This document shows, one piece after another, positions 37,919 through 52,000 of a stretch of 64,000 nucleotides of DNA. Both the position numbers and the translations under genes were made by a program. Below the pieces are notes generated by a model. It ran no database searches. It saw nothing but the letters and a program-made list of their open reading frames with translations, and was not told the DNA's origin. Origin of the DNA: Paragordius varius (lineage: Eukaryota; Animalia; Nematomorpha); assembly GCA_964247055.1 (NCBI GenBank), contig OZ176051.1, positions 7,998,001 through 8,062,000 of the forward strand, in the 5' to 3' direction. The number at the start of each line of letters is the position of its first letter. The stretch's first letter is position 1.

Positions 37919-39224
37919 CTAGCGTAAATCTCAAGGAAGTTCTTCGGACTTCTTGGGGGGTATTAAATATATATGTGGGTATTGACGAAGGGACTATATT
38001 TATTGCCGAATTTACAAATTGCTTATAGGGATAATAAATTAGGATATTATGTAAATAAAAAAAGAAGGTTTGCATAAAAAAATACAAAGAAACACATAAT
38101 ATAAAGAACATAATTATATAAATATATAAAGTCCTGTGGGTATTGACGGCGCTATATTTATTGCCGAATTTACAAATTTTAGATATACAGAAAAAATTTA
38201 TAAGGAGGATATAAAACCCATGAATCAATATAAATATACATCTCGTTTATTCGAAAAAATACCTCAACACTAAATATATATGATGGCGTATATTTAGGGC
38301 ATAAAAGCCCGAAATTAACGGCTAACGCCTGACCTTAATTTTTACCTAGTTACGGGTAATATTTTCTGTTAATGAGCTCATATGGCTTCATAAATATTCT
38401 GTAAATTAGCTCCAAAACAACTTAATATTGGCGCAGTTTTTGGCGGGTAGCTTCTTATCCAGGGGCTAATACAAAAAAGCGCTGATTAAAATATTTGCCT
38501 ATTTACGGAGAATACCTGGCATATGATTCCATACGCTCTCATTAGATTTTGGAAAAATTCGATGGTTGCGCATTTTTCAGGGCCTGAAGGGCCTAATTAA
38601 CGGCTTTTACAAAACCGCATGACCTAAATTTTTTTGTTACGGGTAATATAAGCACCTATTGAACTCATATGGCCTGATAAGTTTTCTGAAATTAAGCCCC
38701 AAACGCACGCTATTTCGATATGACGGGGCAGTTTTTAGCGATTTGTTCCAGCAGCCAATATATAACGCAAGACTAAAATTGCCTTTTAACAGAGAACACC
38801 TGGAATCCTCATTGAATTTTTACCGTCTCATACCTTGAGCGAAAAATAGATTCCAAAAATTATTTTTGACTTAGTTTTTTTGTAATAAATGGCATTTTAC
38901 GGGGGGAGCGGGTAAAAAGGGGGCCTAAATTAAAAATACCAGCCGGCTATGTTCGGCGCAATCGAAAAATAATAAAAAAATCATATTTGAAATCGAATGG
39001 TCACGTGTTCCGGAAAATTGTCTCAAAGACACGTTTTTATGGACTATGTTTTTAAAAAAACGTTTTTCACAAGGGGTGGGCCCGAATTGGGAGCCTAATT
39101 TAAAAAAGGGCGAAGCTATTGTCGGGGCATTCATTAATGATTATTTCTTCGACATTTTTATTTGAATAGGTCCCCAGTTTTCCGGAAATAGATTACAAAG
39201 CCAGCATTTTCCATTTTTATAAAT
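37919..39224 (-). mobile_element. Second copy of the Helitron family, terminal hairpin deleted
   Basis: CTAG at 37919-37922 followed by GCGTAAATCTC...GGAAGT...GGACTTC; 38600-39224 matches the unit of 10600-12640; the last few bases of the 5' TC end are missing. Confidence 0.8.
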
Positions 39225-40023
39225 CATGAAGTTTTAAAAATAATGCTTGGTTAAATTTCCTACATTCGATATTTTGTTCAAATTTGTTACAACCGGTCGT
39301 TGGATTCGGATTAATCAAAATTTATTATTTACTGAGATTTTTTGGGATAATAATTAGTATATCGAATAATAAAGGAATAAATTAATATATAAAGATCTTT
39401 AATTGACATTTCTATTTGTAAAACTTTTTCAAAGTTTTAAATATGAAAACCGTAATATAACTCAATGAAATTAATTAACAGATTATTTAAGTTTGGTAAT
39501 ATTTGGATTATAAATAAAAATGTAATCTTTCACCATTAGATGCAAACATTTTCGAATGTACACCCAAATTTAATTAACAAATATCATAATGAATAGAGCT
39601 TAGAAAAGGTTATTTTTAAATCTAACAAAACTCAAAGGCTAGATCCCTAAGTGCAACACTCGTAGGAGTTGTCTATTATTTTTCTTATACTGTTTAAAAT
39701 ATGATAATTACAGTATGAATAAGTATATATTGGTAGAAAGTTATTAATTATTGCCAAAAGGCCGTATTATTGACTTATAGTTATTTTTTCATTTTTTATT
39801 AATGTTTGTTAATAATAATTCTCTTGCATATGATATTTTTCAATAATTAATAATAGCAATATATACTTATTCATACTGTATATAGCCAAAATGTTATAAA
39901 ACTAAATAAACTTTATTCAAATAACAACCATTTACACTACGTATACATAAATATTTAAAATTGATTTATGGTAATTTTTAGAAACAAATAAATAATAATA
40001 AAATTACTAATATTAAATATAAA

Positions 40024-43000
40024 TTAAATATGGTTTATAAGTTTGGCATCAATTTTTATTTTTTTTCGGATAAAGTGTGGACATATACGAGTTATGTAGT
40101 TAAGCATAGTTCCAAGAGATAAAGATGAATTATCTCCTGCTAAAGAGTTTATTTTTGATTTTAAACATCTAACATAAACCAACGTGCATCCTGTAAATTC
40201 ATGCTTTTCGTCAAAAACAGCTTTAATTTTGTTGGCAAATATAATAGATTTTCTTGAATTGTAATGAGCGCATGGTATTCGAGTGTCATTATAACAAAAT
40301 GTATATATAACCAGTTGTTTAATTAAAGTTGATATGTTACTATCCATCAGAAAATGGTTTGGTAATTTACGGTACTCTACATAAATTAGATTTTCCACAT
40401 GTTTTATAATTTTTTTTATCAAAGTATTGTTTCTTGTCTTCCAAGCTAAAGATAAACTTAATTGTTGGTTTAAGGAATCAAATGTGGACGTTGTCATAGT
40501 TGTGGGTGTAGTTGTAAGAGTGGTAAGTTCGGAAGGATTGGTACTTAAAGTCGGGATTGAATCAATGGTTGTGGTGAATGTTGGTAAATTGGTTTCATAG
40601 GGTGATATTGTCTTATCTGAATGGGGTGCAATCGAAGGGAAAATCATTTGAAGTTTAGACAATAAGGTTGATTCAGTATTTATGGTTATAGTATTAGGCT
40701 GTTGAATTTCCGTAGATCCAAATGACACGTTAATTATTTCATTAATTGGTAACGTTGTAGAAATTGTCATTGGCTCGGTTGTGGTAGGTAAAGTTGTGGA
40801 GAGAGTGGTTACCGTCGTTTCCGTCGTAATTGCTGCCTTAGTTGTTGTTTCACTATTTGCAATTGTGGATATTGTCGTTGGCTCAGTTCTAGCAGATAAG
40901 GCTGTCGATGGAGTAATTACATTCGCTTCAGTAGTTGTTGCAATGTTTGTTTTTTCACTAGTGGGCACAGTTGTAGAAAGTGTCGCTGGTTCAGTTGTGG
41001 TAGGTAATGTTGTTGACGAAGTGGTAATCGTCGTTCCAGTGGTAGTTGTTGCCATGGTTGTTGTTTCACTATTGGCTACAGTTGTAGAAAGTATCGTTGA
41101 CTCAGTTGTAGTAGATAATGTTATCGCAGGAGTGGTTACCGTCGTTCCAGTGGTAGTTGTTGCCATAGTTGTTGTATCAGTAGTGGGTACAGTTGTAGAA
41201 AGCGTCGATGGCTCAGTTATTGTAGTTAATGTTGTTGACGAAGTGGTTTGCGTCGTTCCAGTGGTAGGAGGAGACATGGTTGTTGTTTCACTACTGGGTA
41301 CAGTTATTAAGAGTGTCGTTGTCTCAGTAGTTGTAGGTAATGTTGTCGACAGAGGGGTTACCGTCGCTCCAGTGGTAGTTGGAGATGTTGTTGTTTCACT
41401 AGTGGTTACCGTAGTAGAAAGTGTCGTCGGCTCAGTTGTTGTGGGTAATGTTGTCGACTGAGTGGTTACCGTCGTTCCAATGGTAGTTGTTGAATAAGTT
41501 GTTGTTTCACTAGGTGGTACAGTTAGAGAAAGTGTCGTTGGCTCAGTTGTTGTAGGTAATGTTGTCGACGGAGTGGTTAAAGTCGTCCCAGTGGTAGTTG
41601 GAGACATGGTTGTTGTTTCAGTAGTTGGTACAGATGTAGAAAGTGTCGTTGTCTCAGTAGTTGTAGGTAATGTTGTCGACAGAGGGGTTACCGTCGCTCC
41701 AGTGGTAGTTGGAGATGTTGTTGTTTCACTAGTGGTTACCGTAGTAGAAAGTGTCGTCGGCTCAGTTGTTGTAGATAATGTTGTCGCGGGAGTGGTTACC
41801 GTCGTTCCAGTGGTAGTTGTTGCCATAGTTGTTGTTTCACCAGTTGGTACAGATGTAGAAAGTGTCGTTGGCTCAGTTGTTGTAGGTATTGTTGTCAACG
41901 GCGTGGTTACCGTCGTTTCAGTGGTAGTTGTTGCCATGGTCGTTGTTTCACTAGTGGCTACAGTTTTAGAAAGAGTCGTTGGCTCTGTTGTTGTAGATAA
42001 TGTTGTCACAGGAGTGGTCACAGTCGTCCCAGTGGTAGTTGGAGACATGGTTGTTGTTTCAGTAGCGGGTACAGTTGTAGGTGTCGTTATCTCAGTTGTT
42101 GTAGTTAATGTTGTCGACAGAGGGGTTACCGCCGTTCCAGTGGTAGTTGGAGACATGGTTGTTGTGTCACTAGTGGCTACAGTTGTAGAAAGTGTCGTTG
42201 GCTCAGTTGTTGTAGGTATTGTTGTCGACGGAGTGGTTACCGTCGTTCCAGTGTTAGTTGTTGCAATGGTCGTTGTTTCACTAGTGGCCACAGTTGTAGA
42301 AAGAGTCGTTGGCTCATTTGTTGTAGATAATGTTGTCGCAGGAGTGGTTACCGTCGTTCCAGTGATAGTTGTTGCCATAGTTGTTGTTTCACTAGTGGGT
42401 ACAGTTGTAGAAAGTGTCGTTATCTCAGTTGTTGTAGATAATGTTGTTGACGAAGTGGTTAGCGTCGTTCCAGCGGTAGGTGTTGCCATGGTTGTTGTTT
42501 CACTAGTTGGTACAGTTGTAGAAAGAGTTGTTGACTCAGTTGTAGAAGATAATGTTGTCGCAGGAGTGGTCACAGTCGTCCCAGTGGTAGTTGGAGAGAT
42601 GGTTGTTGTTTCAGTAGTGGGTACAGTTGTAGGTGTCGTTATCTCAGTTGTTGTAGGTAATGATGTCGACAGAGGGGTTACCGCCGTTCCAGTGGTAGTC
42701 TGAGACATGGTTGTTGTTTCACTAGTGGCTACAGTTGTGGAAAGTGTCGTTGGCTCAGTTGTTGTAGATAATGTTGTCGACGGATTGTCTACCGTCGTTC
42801 CAGTGATATTTGTTGCCATAGTTGTTGCTTCACTAGTTGATAAAGATGTAGAAAGTGTCGCTGGCTCAGTTGTTGTGTGTAATGTTGTTGACTGAGTGGT
42901 TACCGTCGTTCCAGTGGTAGTTGTTGCCATGGTTGTTGTTTCACTAGTTGGTACAGTTGTAGAAAGTATCGTTGACTCAGTTGTAGAAGATAATGTTGTC

Positions 43001-46000
43001 GCAGGAGTAATTACAGTCGTCCCAGTGGGAGTTGTTGCCATAGTTGTTGTTTCACCAGTTAATACAGATGTAGAAAGTGTCGTTGGCTCAGTTGTTGTAG
43101 GTATTGTTGTCAACGGCGTGGTTACCGTTGTTTCAGTGGTAGTTGTTGCCATGGTCGTTGTTTCACTAGTGGCTACAGTTTTAGAAAGAGTCGTTGGCTC
43201 TGTTGTTGTAGATAATGTTGTCGCAGGAGTGGTCACAGTCGTCCCAGTGGTAGTTGGAGACATGGTTGTTGTTTCACTAGTGGGTACCATTGCAGAAAGT
43301 GTCGTTGACTCAGTTGTAGAAGATAATGTTGTCGCAGGAGTGGTCACAGTCGTCCCAGTGGTAGTTGGAGAGATGGTTGTTGTTTCAGTAGTGGGTACAG
43401 TTGTAGGTGTCGTTATCTCAGTTGTTGTAGGTAATGATGTCGACAGAGGGGTTACCGCCGTTCCAGTGGTAGTCTGAGACATGGTTGTTGTTTCACTAGT
43501 GGCTACAGTTGTGGAAAGTGTCGTTGGCTCAGTTGTTGTAGATAATGTTGTCGACGGATTGTCTACCGTCGTTCCAGTGATATTTGTTGCCATAGTTGTT
43601 GCTTCACTAGTTGATAAAGATGTAGAAAGTGTCGCTGGCTCAGTTGTTGTGTGTAATGTTGTTGACTGAGTGGTTACCGTCGTTCCAGTGGTAGTTGTTG
43701 CCATGGTTGTTGTTTCACTAGTTGGTACAGTTGTAGAAAGTGTCGTTGACTCAGTTGTAGAAGATAATGTTGTCGCAGGAGTGGTCACAGTCGTCCCAGT
43801 GGTAGTTGGAGACATGGTTGTTGTTTCACTAGTGGCTACAGTTGTAGAAAGTATCGTTGACTCAGTTGTAGAAGATAATGTTGTCGCAGGAGTAATTACA
43901 GTCGTCCCAGTGGGAGTTGTTGCCATAGTTGTTGTTTCACCAGTTGGTACAGATGTAGAAAGTGTCGTTGGCTCAGTTGTTGTAGGTATTGTTGTCAACG
44001 GCGTGGTTACCGTTGTTTCAGTGGTAGTTGTTGCCATGGTCGTTGTTTCACTAGTGGCTACAGTTTTAGAAAGAGTCGTTGGCTCTGTTGTTGTAGATAA
44101 TGTTGTCGCAGGAGTGGTCACAGTCGTCCCAGTGGTAGTTGGAGACATGGTTGTTGTTTCACTAGTGGGTACCATTGCAGAAAGTGTCGTTGACTCAGTT
44201 GTAGAAGATAATGTTGTCGCAGGAGTGGTCACAGTCGTCCCAGTGGTAGTTGGAAAGATGGTTGTTGTTTCAGTAGTGGGTACAGTTGTAGGTGTCGTTA
44301 TCTCAGTTGTTGTAGGTAATGATGTCGACAGAGGGGTTACCGCCGTTCCAGTGGTATTCTGAGACATGGTTGTTGTTTCACCAGTTGGTACAGTTGTAGA
44401 AAATGTCGTCGGTTCAATTGTTGTGTGTAATGTTGTTGACTGAGTGGTTACCGTCGTTCCAGTGGTAGTTGTTGCCATGGTTGTTGTTTCACTAGTTGGT
44501 ACAGTTGTAGAAAGTGTCGTTGACTCAGTTGTAGAAGATAATGTTGTCGCAGGAGTGGTCACAGTCGTCCCAGTGGTAGTTGGAGACATGGTTGTTGTTT
44601 CACTAGTGGCTACAGTTGTAGAAAGTGTCGTTGGCTCAGTTGTTGTAGGTATTGTTTTCGACGGAGTGGTTACAGTCGTCCCAGTGGTAGTTGTTGCCAT
44701 AGTTGTTGTTTCACTAGTTGGTACAGTTGTAGAAAGTGTCGTTGACTCAGTTGTAGAAGATAATGTTGTCGCAGGAGTGGTCACAGTCGTCCCAGTGGTA
44801 GTTGGAGACATGGTTGTTGTTTCACTAGTGGCTACAGTTGTAGAAAGTGTCGTTGGCTCAGTTGTTGTAGGTATTGTTGTCGACGTGGTTACCGTCGTTC
44901 CAGTGGTAGTTGGAGACATGGTTGTTGTTTCACTAGTTGCTATAGTTGTAGAAAGTATCGTTGACTCAGTTGTAGAAGATAATGTTGTCGCAGGAGTAAT
45001 TACAGTCGTCCCAGTGGGAGTTGTTGCCATAGTTGTTGTTTCACCAGTTGTAACAGTTGTAGAAAGTGTCGTTGGCTCAGTTGTAGTAGATAAAGTTGTC
45101 AACGGCGTGGTTACCGTTGTTTCAGTGGTAGTTGTTGCCATGGTCGTTGTTTCACTAGTGGCTACAGTTTTAGAAAGAGTCGTTGGCTCTGTTGTTGTAG
45201 ATAATGTTGTCGCAGGAGTGGTCACAGTCGTCCCAGTGGTAGTTGGAGACATGGTTGTTGTTTCAGTAGTGGGCACAGTTGTAGGTGTCGTTATCTCAGT
45301 TGTAGTTAATGTTGTCGACGGAGTGGTTACAGTCGTCCCAGTGGTAGTTGTTGCCATGGTTGTTGTTTCACCAGTGGGTACACTTGTAGGTGTCGTTATC
45401 TCAGTTGTTGTAGGTATTGTTGTCGACAGAGGGGTTTCCGTCGTTCCAGTGGTAGTTGTTGCCATGGTTGTTGTTTCACTAGTTGGTACAGTTGTAGAAA
45501 GAGTTGTTGACTGTGTTGTAGAAGATAATGTTGTCGCAGGAGTGGTTACAGTCGTCCCAGTGGTAGTTGGAGACATGGTTGTTGTTTCAGTATAGGGTAC
45601 AGTTGTAGGTGTCGTTATCTCAGTTGTTGTAGTTAATGTTGGCGACGGAGTGGTTACCGTCGTTGCAGTTGTAGTTGTTGCCATGGTTGTTGTTTCACCA
45701 GTGGGTACAGTTGTAGAAAGTGTCGTTGGCTCAGTTGTTGTAGGTATTGTTTTCGACGGAGTGGTTACAGTCGTCCCAGTGGTAGTTGTTGCTATAGTTG
45801 TTGTTTCACTAGTTGGTACAGTTGTAGAAAGTGTCGTTGACTCAGTTGTAGAAGATAATGTTGTCGCAGGAGTGGTCACAGTCGTCCCAGTGGTAGTTGG
45901 AGACATGGTTGTTGTTTCACTAGTGGCTACAGTTGTAGAAAGTGTAGTTGGCTCAGTTGTTGTAGGTATTGTTGTCGACGTGGTTACCGTCGTTCCAGTG

Positions 46001-49000
46001 GTAGTTGGAGACATGGTTGTTGTTTCACTAGTTGCTATAGTTGTAGAAAGTATCGTTGACTCAGTTGTAGAAGATAATGTTGTCGCAGGAATAATTACAG
46101 TCGTCCCAGTGGGAGTTGTTGCCATAGTTGTTGTTTCACCAGTTGTAACAGTTGTAGAAAGTGTCGTTGGCTCAGTTGTAGTAGATAAAGTTGTCAACGG
46201 CGTGGTTACCGTTGTTTCAGTGGTAGTTGTTGCCATGGTCGTTGTTTCACTAGTGGCTACAGTTTTAGAAAGAGTCGTTGGCTCTGTTGTTGTAGATAAT
46301 GTTGTCGCAGGAGTGGTCACAGTCGTCCCAGTGGTAGTTGGAGACATGGCTGTTGTTTCAGTAGTGGGTACAGTTGTAGGTGTCGTTATCTCAGTTGTAG
46401 TTAATGTTGTCGACGGAGTGGTTACAGTCGTCCCAGTGGTAGTTGTTGCCATGGTTGTTGTTTCACCAGTGGGTACACTTGTAGGTGTCGTTATCTCAGT
46501 TGTTGTAGGTATTGTTGTCGACAGAGGGGTTTCCGTCGTTCCAGTGGTAGTTGTTGCCATGGTCGTTGTTTCACTAGTTGGTACAGTTGTAGAAAGAGTT
46601 GTTGACTGTGTTGTAGAAGATAATGTTGTCGCAGGAGTGGTTACAGTCGTCCCAGTGGTAGTTGGAGACATGGTTGTTGTTTCAGTATAGGGTACAGTTG
46701 TAGGTGTCGTTATCTCAGTTGTTGTAGTTAATGTTGGCGACGGAGTGGTTACCGTCGTTGCAGTTGTAGTTGTTGCCATGGTTGTTGTTTCACCAGTGGG
46801 TACAGTTGTAGAAAGTGTCGTTGGCTCAGTTGTTGTAGGTATTGTTTTCGACGGAGTGGTTACAGTCGTCCCAGTGGTAGTTGTTGCCATAGTTGTTGTT
46901 TCACTAGTTGGTACAGTTGTAGAAAGTGTCGTTGACTCAGTTGTAGAAGATAATGTTGTCGCAGGAGTGGTCACAGTCGTCCCAGTGGTAGTTGGAGACA
47001 TGGTTGTTGTTTCACTAGTGGCTACAGTTGTAGAAAGTGTAGTTGGCTCAGTTGTTGTAGGTATTGTTGTCGACGTGGTTACCGTCGTTCCAGTGGTAGT
47101 TGGAGACATGGTTGTTGTTTCACTAGTTGCTATAGTTGTAGAAAGTATCGTTGACTCAGTTGTAGAAGATAATGTTGTCGCAGGAGTAATTACAGTCGTC
47201 CCAGTGGGAGTTGTTGCCATAGTTGTTGTTTCACCAGTTGTAACAGTTGTAGAAAGTGTCGTTGGCTCAGTTGTAGTAGATAAAGTTGTCAACGGCGTGG
47301 TTACCGTTGTTTCAGTGGTAGTTGTTGCCATGGTCGTTGTTTCACTAGTGGCTACAGTTTTAGAAAGAGTCGTTGGCTCTGTTGTTGTAGATAATGTTGT
47401 CGCAGGAGTGGTCACAGTCGTCCCAGTGGTAGTTGGAGACATGGTTGTTGTTTCAGTAGTGGGTACAGTTGTAGGTGTCGTTATCTCAGTTGTAGTTAAT
47501 GTTGTCGACGGAGTGGTTACAGTCGTCCCAGTGGTAGTTGTTGCCATGGTTGTTGTTTCACCAGTGGGTACACTTGTAGGTGTCGTTATCTCAGTTGTTG
47601 TAGGTATTGTTGTCGACAGAGGGGTTTCCGTCGTTCCAGTGGTAGTTGTTGCCATGGTTGTTGTTTCACTAGTTGGTACAGTTGTAGAAAGAGTCGTTGT
47701 CTCAATTGTTGTAGATAATGTTGTCGCAGGAGTGGTTACAGTCGTTCCAGTGGTAGTTGTTGCCATGGTCGTTGTTTCACTAGTGGCTACAGTTGTAGAA
47801 AGAGTCGTTGGCTCAGTTGTTGTAGATAATGTTGTCGCAGGAGTGGTTACCGTCGTTCCAGTGGTAGTTGTTGCCATAGTTGTTGTTTCACCAGTTGGTA
47901 CAGATGTAGAAAGTGTCGTTGGCTCAGTTGTTGTAGGTAATGATGTCGACAGAGGGGTTACCGCCGTTCCAGTCGTAGTCTGAGACATGGTTGTTGTTTC
48001 ACTAGTTGCTACAGTTGTGGAAAGTGTCGTTGGCTCAGTTGTTGTAGGTATTGTTTTCGACGGAGTGATTACAGTCGTCCCAGTGGTAGTTGTTGCCATA
48101 GTTGTTGTTTCACTAGTTGGTACAGTTGTAGAAAGTGTCGTTGGCTCAATTGTTGTAGATAATGTTGTCGCAGGAGTGGTTACAGTCGTTCCAGTGGTAG
48201 TTGTTGCCATGGTCGTTGTTTCACTAGTGGCTACAGTTGTAGAAAGAGTCGTTGGCTCAGTTGTTGTAGATAATGTTGTCGCAGGAGTGGTTACCGTCGT
48301 TCCAGTGGTAGTTGTTGCCATAGTTGTTGTTTCACCAGTTGGTACAGATGTAGAAAGTGTCGTTGGCTCAGTTGTTGTAGGTAATGATGTCGACAGAGGG
48401 GTTACCGCCGTTCCAGTCGTAGTCTGAGACATGGTTGTTGTTTCACTAGTTGCTACAGTTGTGGAAAGTGTCGTTGGCTCAGTTGTTGTAGATAATGTTG
48501 TCGACGGATTGTCTACCGTCGTTCCAGTGATATTTGTTGCCATAGTTATTGCTTCACCAGTTGATACAGATGTAGAAAGTGTCGTTGGCTCAGTTGTTGT
48601 AGGTATTGTTGTCAACAGAGGGGTTTCCCCCGTTTCAGTGGTAGTTGTTGCCATGGTTGTTGTTTCACTAGTTGGTACAGTTGTAGAAAGAGTTGTTGAC
48701 TCAGTTGTAGAAGATAATGTTCTCGCAGGAGTGGTTACAGTCGTCCCAGTGGTAGTTGGAGACATGGTTGTTGTTTCAGTAGTGGGTACAGTTGTAGGTG
48801 TCGTTATCTCAGTTGTTGTAGTTAATGTTGGCGACGGAGTGGTTACTGTCGTTGCAGTTGTAGTTGTTGCCATGGTTGTTGTTTCACCAGTGGGTACAGT
48901 TGTAGAAAGTGTCGTTGGCTCAGTTGTTGTAGGTATTGTTGTCGACGGAGTGGTCACAGTCGTCCCAGTGGTAGTTGTTGCCATAGTTGTTCTTTCACCA

Positions 49001-52000
49001 GTTGGTACAGTTGTAGAAAATGTCGTCGGTTCAATTGTTGTGTGTAATGTTGTTGACTGAGTGGTTACCGTCGTTCCAGTGGTAGTTGTTGCCATGGTTG
49101 TTGTTTCACTAATTGGTACAGTTGTAGAAAGTGTCGTTGGCTCAGTTGTTGTAGGTATTGTTGTCGACGTGGTTACCGTCGTTCCAGTGGTAGTTGGAGA
49201 CATGGTTGTTGTTTCACTAGTTGCTACGATTGTAGAAAGTGTCGTTGACTCAGTTGTAGAAGATAATGTTGTCGTAGGAGTAATTACAGTCGTCCCAGTG
49301 GTAGTTGGAGACATGGTTGTTGTTTCAGTAGTGGGTACAGTTGTAGGTGTCGTTATCTCAGTTGTTGTAGGTAATGATGTCGACAGAGGGGTTACCGCCG
49401 TTCCAGTGGTAGTCTGCATGGTTGTTGTTTCACTAGTGGCTACAGTTGTGGAAAGTGTCGTTGGCTCAGTTGTTGTAGATAATGTTGCCGACGGATTGTC
49501 TACCGTCGTTCCAGTGATATTTGTTACCATAGTTGTTGCTTCACCAGTTGATACAGGTGTAGAAAGTGTCGTTGGCTCAGTTGTTGTAGGTATTGTTGTC
49601 GACGGAGTGGTTACCGTCGTTCCAGTGGTAGTTGTTGCCATGGTCGTTGTTTCACTAGTGGCTACAGTTGTAGAAAGAGTCGTTGGCTCAGTTGTTGTAG
49701 ATAATGTTGTCGCAGGAGTGGTTACCGTCGTTCCAGTGATATTTGTTGCCATAGTTGTTGCTTCACCAGTTGGTACAGTTGTAGAAAGTGACTCAGTTTT
49801 AGAAGATAATGTTGTGGCAGGAGTGGTTACAGTCGTCCCAGTGGTAGTTGGAGACATGGTTGTTGTTTCAGTAGTGGGTACAGTTATAGGTGTCGTTATC
49901 TCAGTTGTTGTAGTTAATGTTGTCGACGGAGTGGTTACCGTCGTTGCAGTTGTAGTTGTTGCCATGGTTGTTGTTTCACTAGTTGGTACAGTTGTAGAAA
50001 GTGTCGTTGACTCAGTTGTAGAAGATAATGTTGTCGCAGGAGTGGTCACAGTCGTCCCAGTGGTAGTTGGAGACATGGTTGTTGTTTCAGTAGTGGGTAC
50101 AGTTGTAGGTGTCGTTATCTCAGTTGTTGTAGTTAATGTTGGCGACGGAGTGGTTACCATCGTTGCAGTTGTAGTTGTTGCCATGGTTGTTGTTTCACTA
50201 GTGGGTACAGTTGTAGAAAGTGTCGTTGGCTCAGTTGTTGTAGATAATGTTGTTGACGAAGTGGTTAGCGTCGTTCCAGCGGTAGGTGGAGACATGGTTG
50301 TTGTTTCACTAGTGGGTACCATTGCAGAAAGTGTCGTTGACTCAGTTGTAGAAGATAATGTTGTCGCAGGAGTGGTCACAGTCGTCCCAGTGGTAGTTGG
50401 AGACATGGTTGTTGTTTCAGTAGTGGGTACAGTTGTAGGTGTCGTTATCTCAGTTGTTGTAGGTATTGTTGTGGACGGAGTGGTTACCGCCGTTCCAGTG
50501 GTAGTTGGAGACATGGTTGTTGTTTCACTAGTTGCTATAGTTGTAGAAAGTATCGTTGACTCAGTTGTAGAAGATAATGTTGTCGCAGGAGTAATTACAG
50601 TCGTCCCAGTGGGAGTTGTTGCCATGGTTGTTGTTTCACTAGTGGGTACAGTTGTAGAAAGTGTCGTTGGCTCAGTTGTTGTAGATAATGTTGTTGACGA
50701 AGTGGTTAGCGTCGTTCCAGCGGTAGGTGGAGACATGGTTGTTGTTTCACTAGTGGGTACCATTGCAGAAAGTGTCGTTGACTCAGTTGTAGAAGATAAT
50801 GTTGTCGCAGGAGTGGTCATAGTCGTCCCAGTGGTAGTTGGAGACATGGTTGTTGTTTCAGTAGTGGCTACAGTTATAGGTGTCGTTATCTCAGTTGTTG
50901 TAGTTAATGTTGTCGACGGAGTGGTTACCGTCGTTGCAGTTGTAGTTGTTGCCATGGTTGTTGTTTCACTAGTTGGTACAGTTGTAGAAAGTGTCGTTGA
51001 CTCAGTTGTAGAAGATAATGTTGTCGCAGGAGTGGTCACAGTCGTCCCAGTGGTAGTTGGAGACATGGTTGTTGTTTCAGTAGTGGGTACAGTTGTAGGT
51101 GTCGTTATCTCAGTTGTTGTAGTTAATGTTGGCGACGGAGTGGTTACCATAGTTGCAGTTGTAGTTGTTGCCATAGTTGTAGTTTCACTAGTGGCAACAG
51201 TTGTAGAAAGTGTCGTTGGCTCAGTTGTTGTAGATAATGTTGTTGACGAAGTGGTTAGCGTCGTTCCAGCGGTAGGTGGAGACATGGTTGTTGTTTCACT
51301 AGTGGGTACTGTTGCAGAAAGTGTCGTTGACTCAATTGTAGTAGATAATGTTGTCGCGGGAATGGTTCCCGTCGTTCCAATGGTAGGTGGAGACATGGTT
51401 GTTGTTTCACTAGTGGGTAACGTTGTAGAAAGTGTGGTCGGCTCAGTTGTTGTGGGTAATGTTGTCGACTGACTTGTTACCGTCGTTCCAGTGGTAGTTG
51501 GAGTGGTTGTTGTTTCAGTAGTGGGTACAGTTGTAGGTGTCGTTATCTCAGTTGTTGTAGTTAATGTTGGCGACGGAGTGGTTACCGTCGTTGCAGTTGT
51601 AGTTGTTGCCATGGTTGTTGTTTCACCAGTGGGTACAGTTGTAGAAAGTGTCGTTGGCTCAGTTGTTGTAGGTATTGTTGTCGACGGAGTGGTCACAGTC
51701 GTCCCAGTGGTAGTTGTTGCCAAAGTTGTTCTTTCACCAGTTGGTACAGTTGTAAGAAATGTCGTCGGTTCAATTGTTGTGTGTAATGTTGTTGACTGAG
51801 TGGTTACCGTCGTTCCAGTGGTAGTTGTTGCCATGGTTGTTGTTTCACTAATTGGTACAGTTGTAGAAAGTGTCGTTGACTCAGTTGTAGAAGATAATTT
51901 TGTCGCAGGAGTGGTCACAGTCGTCCCAGTGGTAGTTGGAGACATGGTTGTTGTTTCACTAGTGGCTACAGTTGTATAAAGTGTCGTTGGCTCAGTTGTT

